Source of the DNA: an uncultured Acidobacteriota bacterium
GTDB taxonomy: Bacteria; Acidobacteriota; Terriglobia; Acidiferrales; UBA7541
Reading direction: 5' to 3'
NCBI GenBank assembly: GCA_963828865.1
Contig: CAWHGI010000011.1
Coordinates: forward strand, 14,263 to 78,262
Length of the DNA stretch: 64,000 nucleotides
Shown: piece by piece, positions 55,652-64,000 of the stretch
Layout of the letters: each line of letters begins with the position of its first letter
Numbering within the stretch: position 1 is the first letter of the stretch
Notes under the pieces: generated by a model
What the model was told of the DNA's origin: nothing
What the model saw: only the letters and a program-made list of their open reading frames with translations
The model's database searches: none
Made by a program: the position numbers and the translations under genes

Positions 55652-56704
55652 TTATTTGTGAGCTAGGCGGCGCGGGCTGGGATGGACTTCGCAGGCGCCT
55701 ACTTCCATTAGCGGAGTGGCGGCGGTGATGTACGTTTGGCTGATGCGATCCTGCCAGGTGAAGTGGTCCTCATCCCAGAGCGACCAAAGAAAACCCAACA
55801 TCATGGTGGCGCCGGAAAGCAGATAGCCGAAACTGCGCCAGAGAAGTTGGCGCGTGTCCGGCAGACTGCCGTCGAGGCGGACGATGGTGATGCCGCGAAG
55901 TTGCATGCCGGGTGTAGCCCCGGCGAACGTAGTGAATAGAAAGAAATATTGCGCGTAGAAAAGGTAGAACGCGGCGAGATAGACGATCGCGTCCACCTTT
56001 GCGAGCACGACCTCGCCGCCGAGCGACCGGAAGAGGCCGAGGAAGGCACCATAGGTGAGCGCGAGAAAAAGCGCGTCGAGGGCGCCGGCGCGGCGGCGTT
56101 CGGCGAGATCGGCGACGGGGACGATAGCGTTTTGCGGATGCGCGCGATCGTCGGGAGAGCTGGAGAAATCGAGCTCGGGCTGGATATTGATTTCGACGCG
56201 CTCGTTTAATGATTTGCGCGTGGTGACGCGTTGGACGGCCCGAAAGCGTGGGCGATCTGTGAGTTCGAGTTCTTCGGTCGGCCCGCCGTAGTCGCTTGAA
56301 GCGGGCGCGAAAGGCAAGCCGGATTGGGAGTCGTCGGGACGCGGGCGGCCACGGCGCACGCGATAGGCTTCCAGACGGCGCGAGACTTCCGTGCGCCATT
56401 CGGGCTCGACGGTGATAGCGGGGTTTGCAGGAGACTCCGAGCGAGCGGATACACCTACAGGGACAGGCTCGAAAGTCTCGTCGCTGGCGACGACGAGTGG
56501 GGCATCACAGAAAGTGCATTTTTCGGCAGGCTCGAGCAAAAGCGCGCCGCACTGCGAGCAAATTTGTATCACTGGTCCGTTTTGCGCTGCGGTAGTTCCA
56601 GTGACGGAACGCGAGTATGGTAGCACGTTGCGGTGAGGATGAGTCGGGAGAATTGGGATTGATTTCCGCGTATGAGGCAACTGAGGCGGCGGCAAATTGA
56701 TCAT
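55652..56704 (-). CDS. RDD-family membrane protein with an N-terminal zinc-ribbon
   Basis: Zn-ribbon CSQCGALLLEPAEKCTFCDAPL, plus a C-terminal RDD-type membrane domain (...LWSLWDEDHFTWQDRISQTYI). The start is ATG 56704 or 56767. Confidence 0.65.
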   Translation of the reverse strand: MINLPPPQLPHTRKSIPILPTHPHRNVLPYSRSVTGTTAAQNGPVIQICSQCGALLLEPAEKCTFCDAPLVVASDETFEPVPVGVSARSESPANPAITVEPEWRTEVSRRLEAYRVRRGRPRPDDSQSGLPFAPASSDYGGPTEELELTDRPRFRAVQRVTTRKSLNERVEINIQPELDFSSSPDDRAHPQNAIVPVADLAERRRAGALDALFLALTYGAFLGLFRSLGGEVVLAKVDAIVYLAAFYLFYAQYFFLFTTFAGATPGMQLRGITIVRLDGSLPDTRQLLWRSFGYLLSGATMMLGFLWSLWDEDHFTWQDRISQTYITAATPLMEVGACEVHPSPRRLAHK

Positions 56705-56836
56705 AGTCGAGTACCAGGGCGTCCGGGCCGCCTGCGATGAATCGCCGCGCGCACGTGGTGAGTTCATTGCGGGGTTGCGGGACGCGTGTTAGGCTCGACT
56801 TTCTTTTTTCGCCAGATCGATGCGGTTCTCTTAGGC

Positions 56837-59260
56837 ATGCCGAGCGCAATTGTCTTGTCACTTCTTCGCAGACTCGTGTTTCTTCTATTGCCGGCTGTGA
56901 TTATTCTTGCAGTCCCTCGCGTGGTTTGGGCGCAGAGCGGCGGGAACGCGGCGGCACAATCGCAAAATCAAAGCGCGACCAAAAAACAGGGCGCTCCAGC
57001 GAACGGAGCAAAAGCAACGGCGCGTCCGAAGGCACCGCTGGCGGCGAGTGGCGCGGAGCAGGAGGCGACGCTCGAAGCGAAACAGCAGCGGCAAGTGGGA
57101 CGAATTTATTACGCGGATGGGGACGTGGATGTGCGTTATGAGAACACGCGTTTGCGCGCGGACCATGTGGAATACAACGAAGACACGCAGGTGGTGACGG
57201 CGAGAGGGCACGTGCAACTCGATTATGAAACGCAGCACGTGGAGGCGGAGGACGCGCGGTACGAAGTGAACACGGGACGCGGAACGTTTCATCACGTGCG
57301 CGCTACTTTTGCGGTTCAAAGGCACGCGACGCCGACGCTGTTGATCAGTCCCAATCCGATTTACTTCGAGGCGGAGGAAGCTGAGCGGCTGGATCCGACT
57401 ACGTACCGGGTGCACAAGGCGTGGATGACGGTGTGTAAGCCGGATCGTCCGACGTGGAAATTTTATGCGCCGGAAGCGACCGTTTACATGAAGACTTCGG
57501 TGCATCTGGAAAACGGCAACTTCCGGCTGTTTTCGGTGCCGGTGTTGTACCTGCCGTATGCGACGTTCCCCGCGGAAAAGCAGCGCGCCTCTGGATTTTT
57601 GATTCCCGACGTGGGCGACAGCACGAGCAAGGGATTTATTTTCGGCGATGCGTTGTACTGGGCTCCGACGGATTGGGCGGACTTGACGCTGGGAGCGAAC
57701 TATTACAGCCGGCGCGGGTGGGCGCAGCGCGGCGATTTGCGGATGCGTCCGTGGGAAAACGCGCGGCTGGATGTGACGTACAACGGAGTGGTGGACCGCG
57801 GGCTGCGGGAGTCCAACGGCGAATTGATCAACCAGGGCGGACATGAGGCACGCTTGCTGTTTACCGCGTTGCTGCCGGACGGCTGGCGGGCGGTGGCGGA
57901 TTTAGATAATTTGTCGTCGCTGACGTACCGGCTGGCGTTCAGCGAAACATACACGCAGGCGGTGAACTCGGAAGTGCGGAACCAAGCGTTCCTGACGAAT
58001 AACTTTCGTGGGTTCAGCTTGAATCTGGCGGCGCTGAGCTATCAGAACTATCTAAGCGCCACCACGACGACGACACCGCTGAATGAGTATGTGTCGTTGC
58101 GCACCGCGCCGGAGGTGCGTTTCAGTTCGGTAGATCAGGCGCCCTGGCAGAATTTGCCGTTTTATTTTTCGTTCGACGTGTTTTCGGATGCGGCGCACCG
58201 CTCGAACAACGTCACGAATTTTGAGACGCCGAATTTCGTGGAGCGCAGCGAAATCGCCCCGAGCGTGACGATGCCGTTTCACTGGGGACCGTGGCTGGGA
58301 GTGACGCCAACGTTTACGATGCGTTCGACGTACTACGGCGGGCAGGTGCAAAACGGGTCGTTCGTCAATGTGGGATTGTGGCGCGAAACGGAAGAGCTGA
58401 CGGTGGATATACGGCCGCCGACGATCGAGCGCGTGTGGGGCAATGGGGATTCCGGGACGAAGTGGAAACACGTGATCGAGCCGGAGCTGCAATACAGTTT
58501 CGTGAACGGAGTGAATAATTTCAACAACATCGTGCGGTTCGACGAAGATGAAACGCTGACGGACACGAACCAGATCGAGTACGGAATCACGCAGCGACTT
58601 TACCGGCGGAAGAAGGACGGGAGCGCGGAAGAGGTGATCAGCTGGCGCCTCGCGCAGATTCATTTCTTCGATCCCGGTTTTGGCGGGGCGCTGATTGCGG
58701 GGCAGCGCAACGTGTTTCAGGCGACGGACGAGCTGACGCCCTTTGCATTTGCGGATGAGCCGCGGCATTTTTCGCCGATTGTGAGCGATTTGCGGATCGA
58801 GCCGGGCAAGCGCTGGGATGCGCAGTTCATCGTGAATTACGATCCGCAACGGGCGAAATTGACGGCAATCGGAGCGTTGTTGAAACTGAAACCGTATAAG
58901 GAATCGTTTTTGACCTTGGCGCAGATTTCGGCGATCAATCTGCCGACGCCGGTGCAGGATAATCCGCCGGGTTTCATGTTCGAGCCGCGTTCGAACCAGA
59001 TACGCGCGTTGATTGGATACGGCGATCTGACGCGGCCGGGATTCAATACCACGTTTGGCGCGAGCTACGACATTACAAATTCCGCGTTTCAAAATCAGAT
59101 CGCGGAGGTGAGCTACAACGGGTCGTGTTGCGGGATTGGGTTCGAGTACCGGAGATTTTCATTTGGCACGATTCGGAATGAGAACCAGTATTTAGTGGCG
59201 TTCCGGATTGCGAATTTGGGGTCGTTGGGGACTTTGCGAAGGGCGGAGAAGATTTTCTAA
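56837..59260 (+). CDS. lptD: LPS-assembly outer-membrane protein LptD (OstA family)
   Basis: Signal MPSAIVLSLLRRLVFLLLPAVIILAVPRVVWAQ. An OstA_N-like segment (YADGDVDVRYENTRLRADHVEYNEDTQVVTARGHVQLD) is followed by a large C-terminal beta-barrel. Confidence 0.8.
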   Translation: MPSAIVLSLLRRLVFLLLPAVIILAVPRVVWAQSGGNAAAQSQNQSATKKQGAPANGAKATARPKAPLAASGAEQEATLEAKQQRQVGRIYYADGDVDVRYENTRLRADHVEYNEDTQVVTARGHVQLDYETQHVEAEDARYEVNTGRGTFHHVRATFAVQRHATPTLLISPNPIYFEAEEAERLDPTTYRVHKAWMTVCKPDRPTWKFYAPEATVYMKTSVHLENGNFRLFSVPVLYLPYATFPAEKQRASGFLIPDVGDSTSKGFIFGDALYWAPTDWADLTLGANYYSRRGWAQRGDLRMRPWENARLDVTYNGVVDRGLRESNGELINQGGHEARLLFTALLPDGWRAVADLDNLSSLTYRLAFSETYTQAVNSEVRNQAFLTNNFRGFSLNLAALSYQNYLSATTTTTPLNEYVSLRTAPEVRFSSVDQAPWQNLPFYFSFDVFSDAAHRSNNVTNFETPNFVERSEIAPSVTMPFHWGPWLGVTPTFTMRSTYYGGQVQNGSFVNVGLWRETEELTVDIRPPTIERVWGNGDSGTKWKHVIEPELQYSFVNGVNNFNNIVRFDEDETLTDTNQIEYGITQRLYRRKKDGSAEEVISWRLAQIHFFDPGFGGALIAGQRNVFQATDELTPFAFADEPRHFSPIVSDLRIEPGKRWDAQFIVNYDPQRAKLTAIGALLKLKPYKESFLTLAQISAINLPTPVQDNPPGFMFEPRSNQIRALIGYGDLTRPGFNTTFGASYDITNSAFQNQIAEVSYNGSCCGIGFEYRRFSFGTIRNENQYLVAFRIANLGSLGTLRRAEKIF

Positions 59261-59347
59261 GATTGGGTGACGAGCGGGAGCGTTTTTCAGCGGCGATCGC
59301 GAAAAGCAGATCCCTTCCTGCGGTCCGGATGACGCCCGCACAATTTT

Positions 59348-60304
59348 TCAGCGAACATCAGAAGCAATTTCCGGTGAGGTGCCGTTGCGATTCATCAGAT
59401 ATTGGCCCGCGGCCCAGCCTGCGGCGCCTACTGCCAGGCCTGCCAGAACATCCGCGACGTAGTGATAGCGGCCGTAGACAGTTGCCACGCACATGCTTGC
59501 GAAAAATGGCAGACAGAACCTGAAGAGCCAGGGTTTGTAACGGCGGGCGGCGAGGATGGCGACCATGGAGCCGGCTACGTGGGCGCTGGGGAAGGCGGCG
59601 CCGTGGACTCGGCCGAAATGTTCGATGAGTTCGATGGTGGCGGTAAAGGCGCCTCCTTTTAGCGGCGCTGGATTCAGGGATGCCAGCGCGAAGTAGGGGC
59701 TTTCGATGGGGAAGAGGATTGCGATTACGTAGACGGAGTAGTGGGCGATGGCCGTGGAGGTCATTACGGTCCAGAAGCCCTCGCGGTTTTTTTGCGCGTA
59801 GAGGATCGCCGGGAGAATTACGAGATAGAGGAAGTACGTCATGTAGGCGAACTGCATCGCGTCATTCAGCGCGGGAGTGGCGAAGCGCGCGAGATAGGCG
59901 GAAGGATGTACGCTGGCGAGGCGGTAATCGAATTGGATTAGCCAGCGGTCGAACCAGTTGGGAAAGATGGCGTGGACCAGACCTTGTAGTTCTTCGAAGA
60001 AGAAAATGTAGAGCGGTAGCGGGTACCAGCTGCGTGCGAACTGTAACACTGGATTTTGCGAGCGCGCGGCGGACTGGGCGAGTTGGGCGATGGCTGCGGC
60101 GATGGCTAGATGGAGAGCGGCGCATTTTGCGGGGTCTGGGATGTTGTGGTGAAAGGTTGCGAGGAGCGCTAGGAGCCAAGCTAAGTAGGCAAACGTGACT
60201 TGTTCGAAGGCGGTGCAGGATTGGCGGACTTCGGCTGCGTGCTGTGGGAGCCAGTGTTTTGCGGTGAGCGCGTGGATGTCGGTTGTTGCGGGGAGGGTGG
60301 ACAT
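59348..60304 (-). CDS. PAP2-superfamily membrane protein (PAP2_3/inositolphosphotransferase-like)
   Basis: The ATG at 60304 gives MSTLPATT.... Motifs are FPSAHV and YGRYHYVADV (PSGH and SRxxxxxHxxxD-like). The upstream part of the tracked ORF covers a REP element. Confidence 0.7.
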   Translation of the reverse strand: MSTLPATTDIHALTAKHWLPQHAAEVRQSCTAFEQVTFAYLAWLLALLATFHHNIPDPAKCAALHLAIAAAIAQLAQSAARSQNPVLQFARSWYPLPLYIFFFEELQGLVHAIFPNWFDRWLIQFDYRLASVHPSAYLARFATPALNDAMQFAYMTYFLYLVILPAILYAQKNREGFWTVMTSTAIAHYSVYVIAILFPIESPYFALASLNPAPLKGGAFTATIELIEHFGRVHGAAFPSAHVAGSMVAILAARRYKPWLFRFCLPFFASMCVATVYGRYHYVADVLAGLAVGAAGWAAGQYLMNRNGTSPEIASDVR

Positions 60305-60387
60305 TAGATTTGTGGTTTTTTGGGGGGAGTGAGGATTGGCCGCGGCGAGTTCTGGTGCGCCGAGCGCGGGAACGGCGTGCCAGCCGG

Positions 60388-60430
60388 TCGCTGGGCACGG
60401 CGGCAGCAAGGTTCCGCACTCCCAGATGGC
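60388..60430 (-). repeat. REP-like element, copy 2 (inverted relative to 51269-51312)
   Basis: The reverse complement is GCCATCTGGGAGTGCGGAACCTTGCTGCCGCCGTGCCCAGCGA. It lies in the gap between the HAD and PAP2 genes. Confidence 0.45.
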
Positions 60431-60443
60431 TGCGAGGCGCGGA

Positions 60444-61232
60444 TCATTGGGAGGCCTTTGCGGCAAATCGCGCCGTGGCAGGGCTCGGGATTGCTGCGGT
60501 TGCGGATTCTTTCCAGTTGAGAATTGGCCAGCCGCGCTTTTGTGCGACCTTCGCGAGGCGGTTTGTGGGATTTATTGCTTGCGGATGCGCGACCGTTTCC
60601 AGCATATGGATGTCGGAGGCGGTGTTGCCGTAGGCGTAGCTTTGAGATAGGGCGATATTTTGCGTTTTTGCTAGCGCTTTGAGCGCTCCCGCTTTGACTT
60701 TGTTGCTCATGTGCTGGCTTGCTCGGCGCCCTGTCCATCGGGTTTCGGAGCATAACCAAGTGTGGTTGTGCCACCCCTGGGGCTGGACTTCCAGCTGTGT
60801 GGCTTGGATTTCGATTGGGGCTTGGATTTGCGCGGCGATGCGTTTGGCTAGTATTTGCGCCAGCGGGGCTAGAGTGCCAGTAATCAGAAGTATCCGGTGG
60901 CCCTGCGTGTGGTGCCACGCGATACGCTCGAGGCCTGCTGCGAAGAGGGGGAGAGGACCCTCGCGCGTGGATGCTGGCGTCAGAGAATTTTCCCAGTCGT
61001 TTACCAGCGATGAGTTGAGTCCGGCCAGATAGAATTTGTTTCCTTCGACCGCGTCGTGCGGATTGCGCAGGATTCTTTTTGCAAAGTGCGCGAACCAGCG
61101 GGCCACGTGCGTGGAGGAGATTTCGTCGCGTTCGAGCAAGTAGCCGATGAAACGCCACTCGAGGGAGGGCGCGGGGAGCAGCGTGCCGTCCAAGTCGAAG
61201 AATGCGCCGATATTTTGTTGGGGCGCGGTCAT
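60444..61232 (-). CDS. HAD-IB-family hydrolase/phosphatase
   Basis: The ATG at 61232 gives MTAPQQNIGAFFDLDGTLL (DxDxT), and a later YGNTASD motif is present. The start overlaps the upstream stop (ATGA). The 513-aa tracked ORF is a spurious extension. Confidence 0.75.
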   Translation of the reverse strand: MTAPQQNIGAFFDLDGTLLPAPSLEWRFIGYLLERDEISSTHVARWFAHFAKRILRNPHDAVEGNKFYLAGLNSSLVNDWENSLTPASTREGPLPLFAAGLERIAWHHTQGHRILLITGTLAPLAQILAKRIAAQIQAPIEIQATQLEVQPQGWHNHTWLCSETRWTGRRASQHMSNKVKAGALKALAKTQNIALSQSYAYGNTASDIHMLETVAHPQAINPTNRLAKVAQKRGWPILNWKESATAAIPSPATARFAAKASQ

Positions 61233-61894
61233 CGCGTGGCCTGCACGGCAACGCGCGCGGGAGTTTTCTGCTGCGCGGCGGTTAGGTAGCGGCGGCCTTC
61301 CCAAATTACAGGGATCGCACGAAGGATACAGAAAGCGACGGTGGCGCCGACCAGGAATTGGCCAGCTAGCGCTAGCGCGTGGAGCAGCGAAGAGTTGAGC
61401 CACGAAACGGTGACGCGCTCGGCCGGAAGCAGCAGGCCGAGATAGCAGAAGCAGATGCATTTGAGGACGGCGTAGGCGGCGCGGCTTGCGCGGGAGGCGA
61501 CAAGCGTGCGTCCCCACCAAGTTTCGAGCATCGAATTGGCGCTGAAGCCGCTGCGTCCGGTGCGCGCGGCGAGGGAGCGAAGGAAATCGGTGAGCGTGCC
61601 GCGCACGAAGAAGAGGACGGGCACCCAAAGCGAAATTAATCCGCTGACGGCGAAGAAGGTGAAGAAGAGATTTTCGACGACGCGGTCGCCGAGGATATCG
61701 AGTTGTGCGCCGAGCGGAGTGGCTAGGTCGCGTGTGCGCGCGAGGTAGCCGTCGAGGCCGTCTAGCGCGATGGCGGCGATGGTGAGAAGGACGGCGGCGA
61801 GATCGGCTGCGAGCGAATCGCCGAAGAGCGTGAAGAGAGCGACTGCGGCGAAGGCGGCGACGACTCGCGTGAGGGTGACCTGGTTGGGCGTCAT
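61229..61894 (-). CDS. CDP-alcohol phosphatidyltransferase family protein
   Basis: DGLDGYLARTRDLATPLGAQLDILGDRVVE is an exact fit to DGxxARx8Gx3Dx3D. The protein is polytopic and starts at ATG 61894. Confidence 0.8.
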   Translation of the reverse strand: MTPNQVTLTRVVAAFAAVALFTLFGDSLAADLAAVLLTIAAIALDGLDGYLARTRDLATPLGAQLDILGDRVVENLFFTFFAVSGLISLWVPVLFFVRGTLTDFLRSLAARTGRSGFSANSMLETWWGRTLVASRASRAAYAVLKCICFCYLGLLLPAERVTVSWLNSSLLHALALAGQFLVGATVAFCILRAIPVIWEGRRYLTAAQQKTPARVAVQATR

Positions 61895-62241
61895 CGCGCT
61901 CCTTCGGCAATGCGGTGTTGCGAAAATTTTGGGCCCGCCACCGAGGGAGATGATTTTGACCACCGCGCCCGGCTCCAGCTGGCAAGCCCTTGCGGTGTGG
62001 GATAGCATTTGGCGCGCCAGAGCTTGCGGAGTGTTTTCATTGGGGTTAGGAGCGATCGCGCGGCGCGAGGCGGCGTGAGGGTGATGGGTTGCGGCGGCAG
62101 GTGGAGGGATTTCCCTCGCACGAGCGCGGCGGCAAAAAGCGCGGGCGCGCGTCTAAGGGATGTGGGAAAATTGGTGGTTGAGGGCGTGGCGTTTGGACGG
62201 ACTGAGTTGCTCACCCGAATGACAAAACGGAATAACAGCTG

Positions 62242-63105
62242 ATGGATGTTTCCATATTTGCGGCGTTTTTAGCGGGACTGGTGTCGTTTCTTTCGCCTTG
62301 CGTGCTTCCGCTGGTGCCGGGGTACATTTCGATGCTCTCGGGCATCGGTGTGGAGCAATTGAAGGAAGGGAAGACGCCGCGGGGCGGTTTGCTGCTTTCC
62401 GCATGCGCGTTCGTGACGGGATTTTCGGTGGTGTTTATCGCGTTTGGAGCTTCGGCGAGCGCGGTGGGATCATTTTTGTTGCGGAATCGCGCGATGCTGG
62501 CGCCGGTAGCTGGGGCGTTGATCGTGATGTTTGGGCTGCACTTGATTGGATGGCTTGCGAAAATTTCCGTGCGCGTGGGTTTGGTGATCGGCGTTGTGCT
62601 GGCGGCGGTGGGCGGGTTGCTTTTGTGGCGCGCGGGATTGTTGGGCGCGGAGTTGAAGCCGGTTCATTTCTTTTCCATCGCGCTGATTTTCTTGCTGGGG
62701 CCTTCGCTCACGCGCTGGTTGAATCGCGACGTGCATTTTCGAAATATGGGCGGGCAGCCGGGGGCGGTGAGCGGATTTCTGATGGGGTTCGCGTTCGCGT
62801 TTGGCTGGACGCCTTGCATTGGGCCGATTCTAGCGAGCGTGCTGGCGGTGGCGGCGACGCGCGAGACGGTAGGCCAGGGAATATTTCTGCTGGCGTGTTA
62901 TTCGGCGGGGCTGGCGGTGCCGTTTTTGATTACGGCGCTGGGGATTGGCGGATTTCTGCGCTTTTATCAAAAATTTCGGCGGCATCTGCACACGGTCGAA
63001 GTTTTCAGCGGAGTGCTGCTCTTGGCGGTAGGCGGGCTGGTATTCTTGAACCGGCTGACGTGGCTATCAGGCAAGCTGGGGTTTCTAAATAAATTTTCGT
63101 TGTGA
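62242..63105 (+). CDS. ccdA: Cytochrome c biogenesis thiol-disulfide transporter CcdA (DsbD family)
   Basis: FLAGLVSFLSPCVLPLVPGYISMLSG, plus a second conserved Cys region FAFGWTPCIGPIL. Confidence 0.85.
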   Translation: MDVSIFAAFLAGLVSFLSPCVLPLVPGYISMLSGIGVEQLKEGKTPRGGLLLSACAFVTGFSVVFIAFGASASAVGSFLLRNRAMLAPVAGALIVMFGLHLIGWLAKISVRVGLVIGVVLAAVGGLLLWRAGLLGAELKPVHFFSIALIFLLGPSLTRWLNRDVHFRNMGGQPGAVSGFLMGFAFAFGWTPCIGPILASVLAVAATRETVGQGIFLLACYSAGLAVPFLITALGIGGFLRFYQKFRRHLHTVEVFSGVLLLAVGGLVFLNRLTWLSGKLGFLNKFSL

Positions 63106-63118
63106 TGGAGTTTAGCGG

Positions 63119-63661
63119 ATGCGAAAGCGGTGGAATTTATTTTTGATCTTCGTGGTGGCGGCGGGGCTTGCCGCTGTTTTTGTCGGGATGCAAATCGGGG
63201 AATGGAGCTACTACGCCGAAAACTTTGGCGAATGAGCCGGACGTTACGTTCAAGGATTTGTCGGGGAAGGACGTGTCACTGGCTAGTTTGAAAGGGAAAG
63301 TGGTGGTGGTGAATTTTTGGGCGACTTGGTGCGAGCCTTGCCAGGTGGAAATTCCGTGGATGATTGGGTTCCAGCAGAAGTATGCGGATAAGGGTTTACG
63401 CTTTTGGGCGTGGCGATGGATGACGACGGGAAGAGCGTGGTGGAGCCTTTCGTGCAGAAGACGGAGTTCGATGTGGATGGGAAGAAGATGACGATGAATT
63501 ATCCGATCGTTTTGGGGAATGATGATTTGGCGGCGAAGTTTGGGGGATTGCTGGGATTGCCGACTAGCATCGTGATCTCGCGGGATGGGAAAGTGGTGAA
63601 GCGATACATTGGGTTGGCTTCGCGGGATGATTTGGATGCGGAGATTAAGTCGTTGCTGTGA
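63119..63661 (+). pseudogene. TlpA/ResA-family thiol:disulfide oxidoreductase lipoprotein, two frame changes
   Basis: MRKRWNLFLIFVVAAG (frame a), then LPLFLSGC lipobox ...VVVVNFWATWCEPCQVEIPWM...YADKGL (frame b), then LGVAMDDDGKSVVEPF...GLPTSIVISRDGKVV (frame c). The switches are at about 63165 and about 63398, the latter in a TTTT run. Confidence 0.7.
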
Positions 63662-63748
63662 GGCAGGGAGCAAAGAAGCAAAGAAGCAGAGAGTTGGCGA
63701 GCGAGCAGGATCCAGAGACGGGTCGGATTTTCGGGGGCGATTATTTTT

Positions 63749-64000
63749 ATGGCTTTGATGGATGAGCACGAATTTCAGAAGAAGAGCGATGCGGCGTTTG
63801 AGGCTTTGCGGAAGCGTTTGCTGGAGATTGGGGACGAGAACGATTTTGAGGTGGAAGGCGGGAGCGGGAAATTGGAGATCGAGTTTGAGGATGAAGATGA
63901 GACGCGGTTTGTGATCAGCCCGAACGCGCCGGTGCGGCAGATATGGATTTCGGCGCTGACGACGAGTTTCAAGCTGGCGTGGTCGGATGCGGCGCAGGCG
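63749..64000 (+). CDS. cyaY: Frataxin-like iron donor CyaY (3' end lies outside the window)
   Basis: MALMDEHEFQKKSDAAFEALRKRLLEIGDENDFEVEGGSGKLEIEFEDEDETRFVISPNAPVRQIWISAL... is a typical CyaY. The frame is open to the window edge. Confidence 0.7.
   Translation, partial: MALMDEHEFQKKSDAAFEALRKRLLEIGDENDFEVEGGSGKLEIEFEDEDETRFVISPNAPVRQIWISALTTSFKLAWSDAAQA

Noticed and set aside
60444-61985. 513-aa ORF suggesting a large fusion protein
   Set aside because: Its first roughly 250 aa are an Arg/Pro-rich out-of-frame read over the CDP-alcohol phosphatidyltransferase gene. The real HAD-IB protein starts at ATG 61232, with the DxDxT motif near its N-terminus and an ATGA coupling to the upstream gene.
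1-64000. Mobile genetic elements or integration scars flanking the lasso or glycan regions
   Set aside because: I recognised no transposase, integrase, recombinase, tRNA gene or long terminal inverted or direct repeats. Only short REP-like and terminator hairpins are repeated.

Overview
This is a GC-rich window (GC not computed) that most likely comes from an Acidobacteriota chromosome. That placement is an inference from three things: an ADOP-type duplicated MacB/FtsX permease, CarboxypepD_reg/TPR and SBBP-repeat proteins, and REP-like hairpins. I saw no rRNA, tRNA, CRISPR array, transposase or integrase.

Content from left to right:
- 1-12.3 kb: a DinG helicase (5' partial), a queD-queE-queC operon, a secreted TPR protein, a 911-aa PilZ-like/coiled-coil protein, a PLP decarboxylase and the ADOP permease.
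- 12.3-15.2 kb: a DegT aminotransferase and an ABC-2 exporter pair on the minus strand.
- 15.3-19.4 kb: a kinase-type lasso-peptide RiPP cluster. It has a PqqD/B1 protein, a B2 protease, an Asn-synthetase-like cyclase, a 47-aa precursor that is missing from the ORF track, and an HPr-kinase-like protein. B2, the cyclase and the kinase are interrupted by many frame changes.
- 19.7-24.2 kb: a roughly 1170-aa SBBP/choice-of-anchor-D surface protein and a beta-barrel OMP, both also frame-disrupted.
- 24.3-51.2 kb: a roughly 27-kb polysaccharide locus. It combines Wza/Wzc/Wzy_C-type parts with a Wzm/Wzt ABC exporter. It also carries WbpB/D/E-like diacetamido-sugar genes, a GT2-methyltransferase fusion next to a GT-C membrane protein, a minus-strand FkbH-ACP-GNAT module, an FdtA-like isomerase, WbsX, further GT2s and methyltransferases, DUF362 and an oxidoreductase.
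- 51.2-52.5 kb: a 1.2-kb repeat-rich non-coding stretch.
- 52.5-64.0 kb: a degenerate M48-like protein, several small ORFs, an RDD protein, LptD, a CDP-alcohol phosphatidyltransferase/HAD/PAP2 operon, CcdA, a frameshifted TlpA and CyaY (3' partial).

A cross-cutting observation is about 28 frame changes and one in-frame stop. They are concentrated in three blocks (15.9-24.0 kb, 39.4-42.2 kb, 63.1-63.4 kb), while long neighbouring genes read intact.

All calls come from reading motifs by eye. Start codons and frameshift positions are approximate, and no database search was run.
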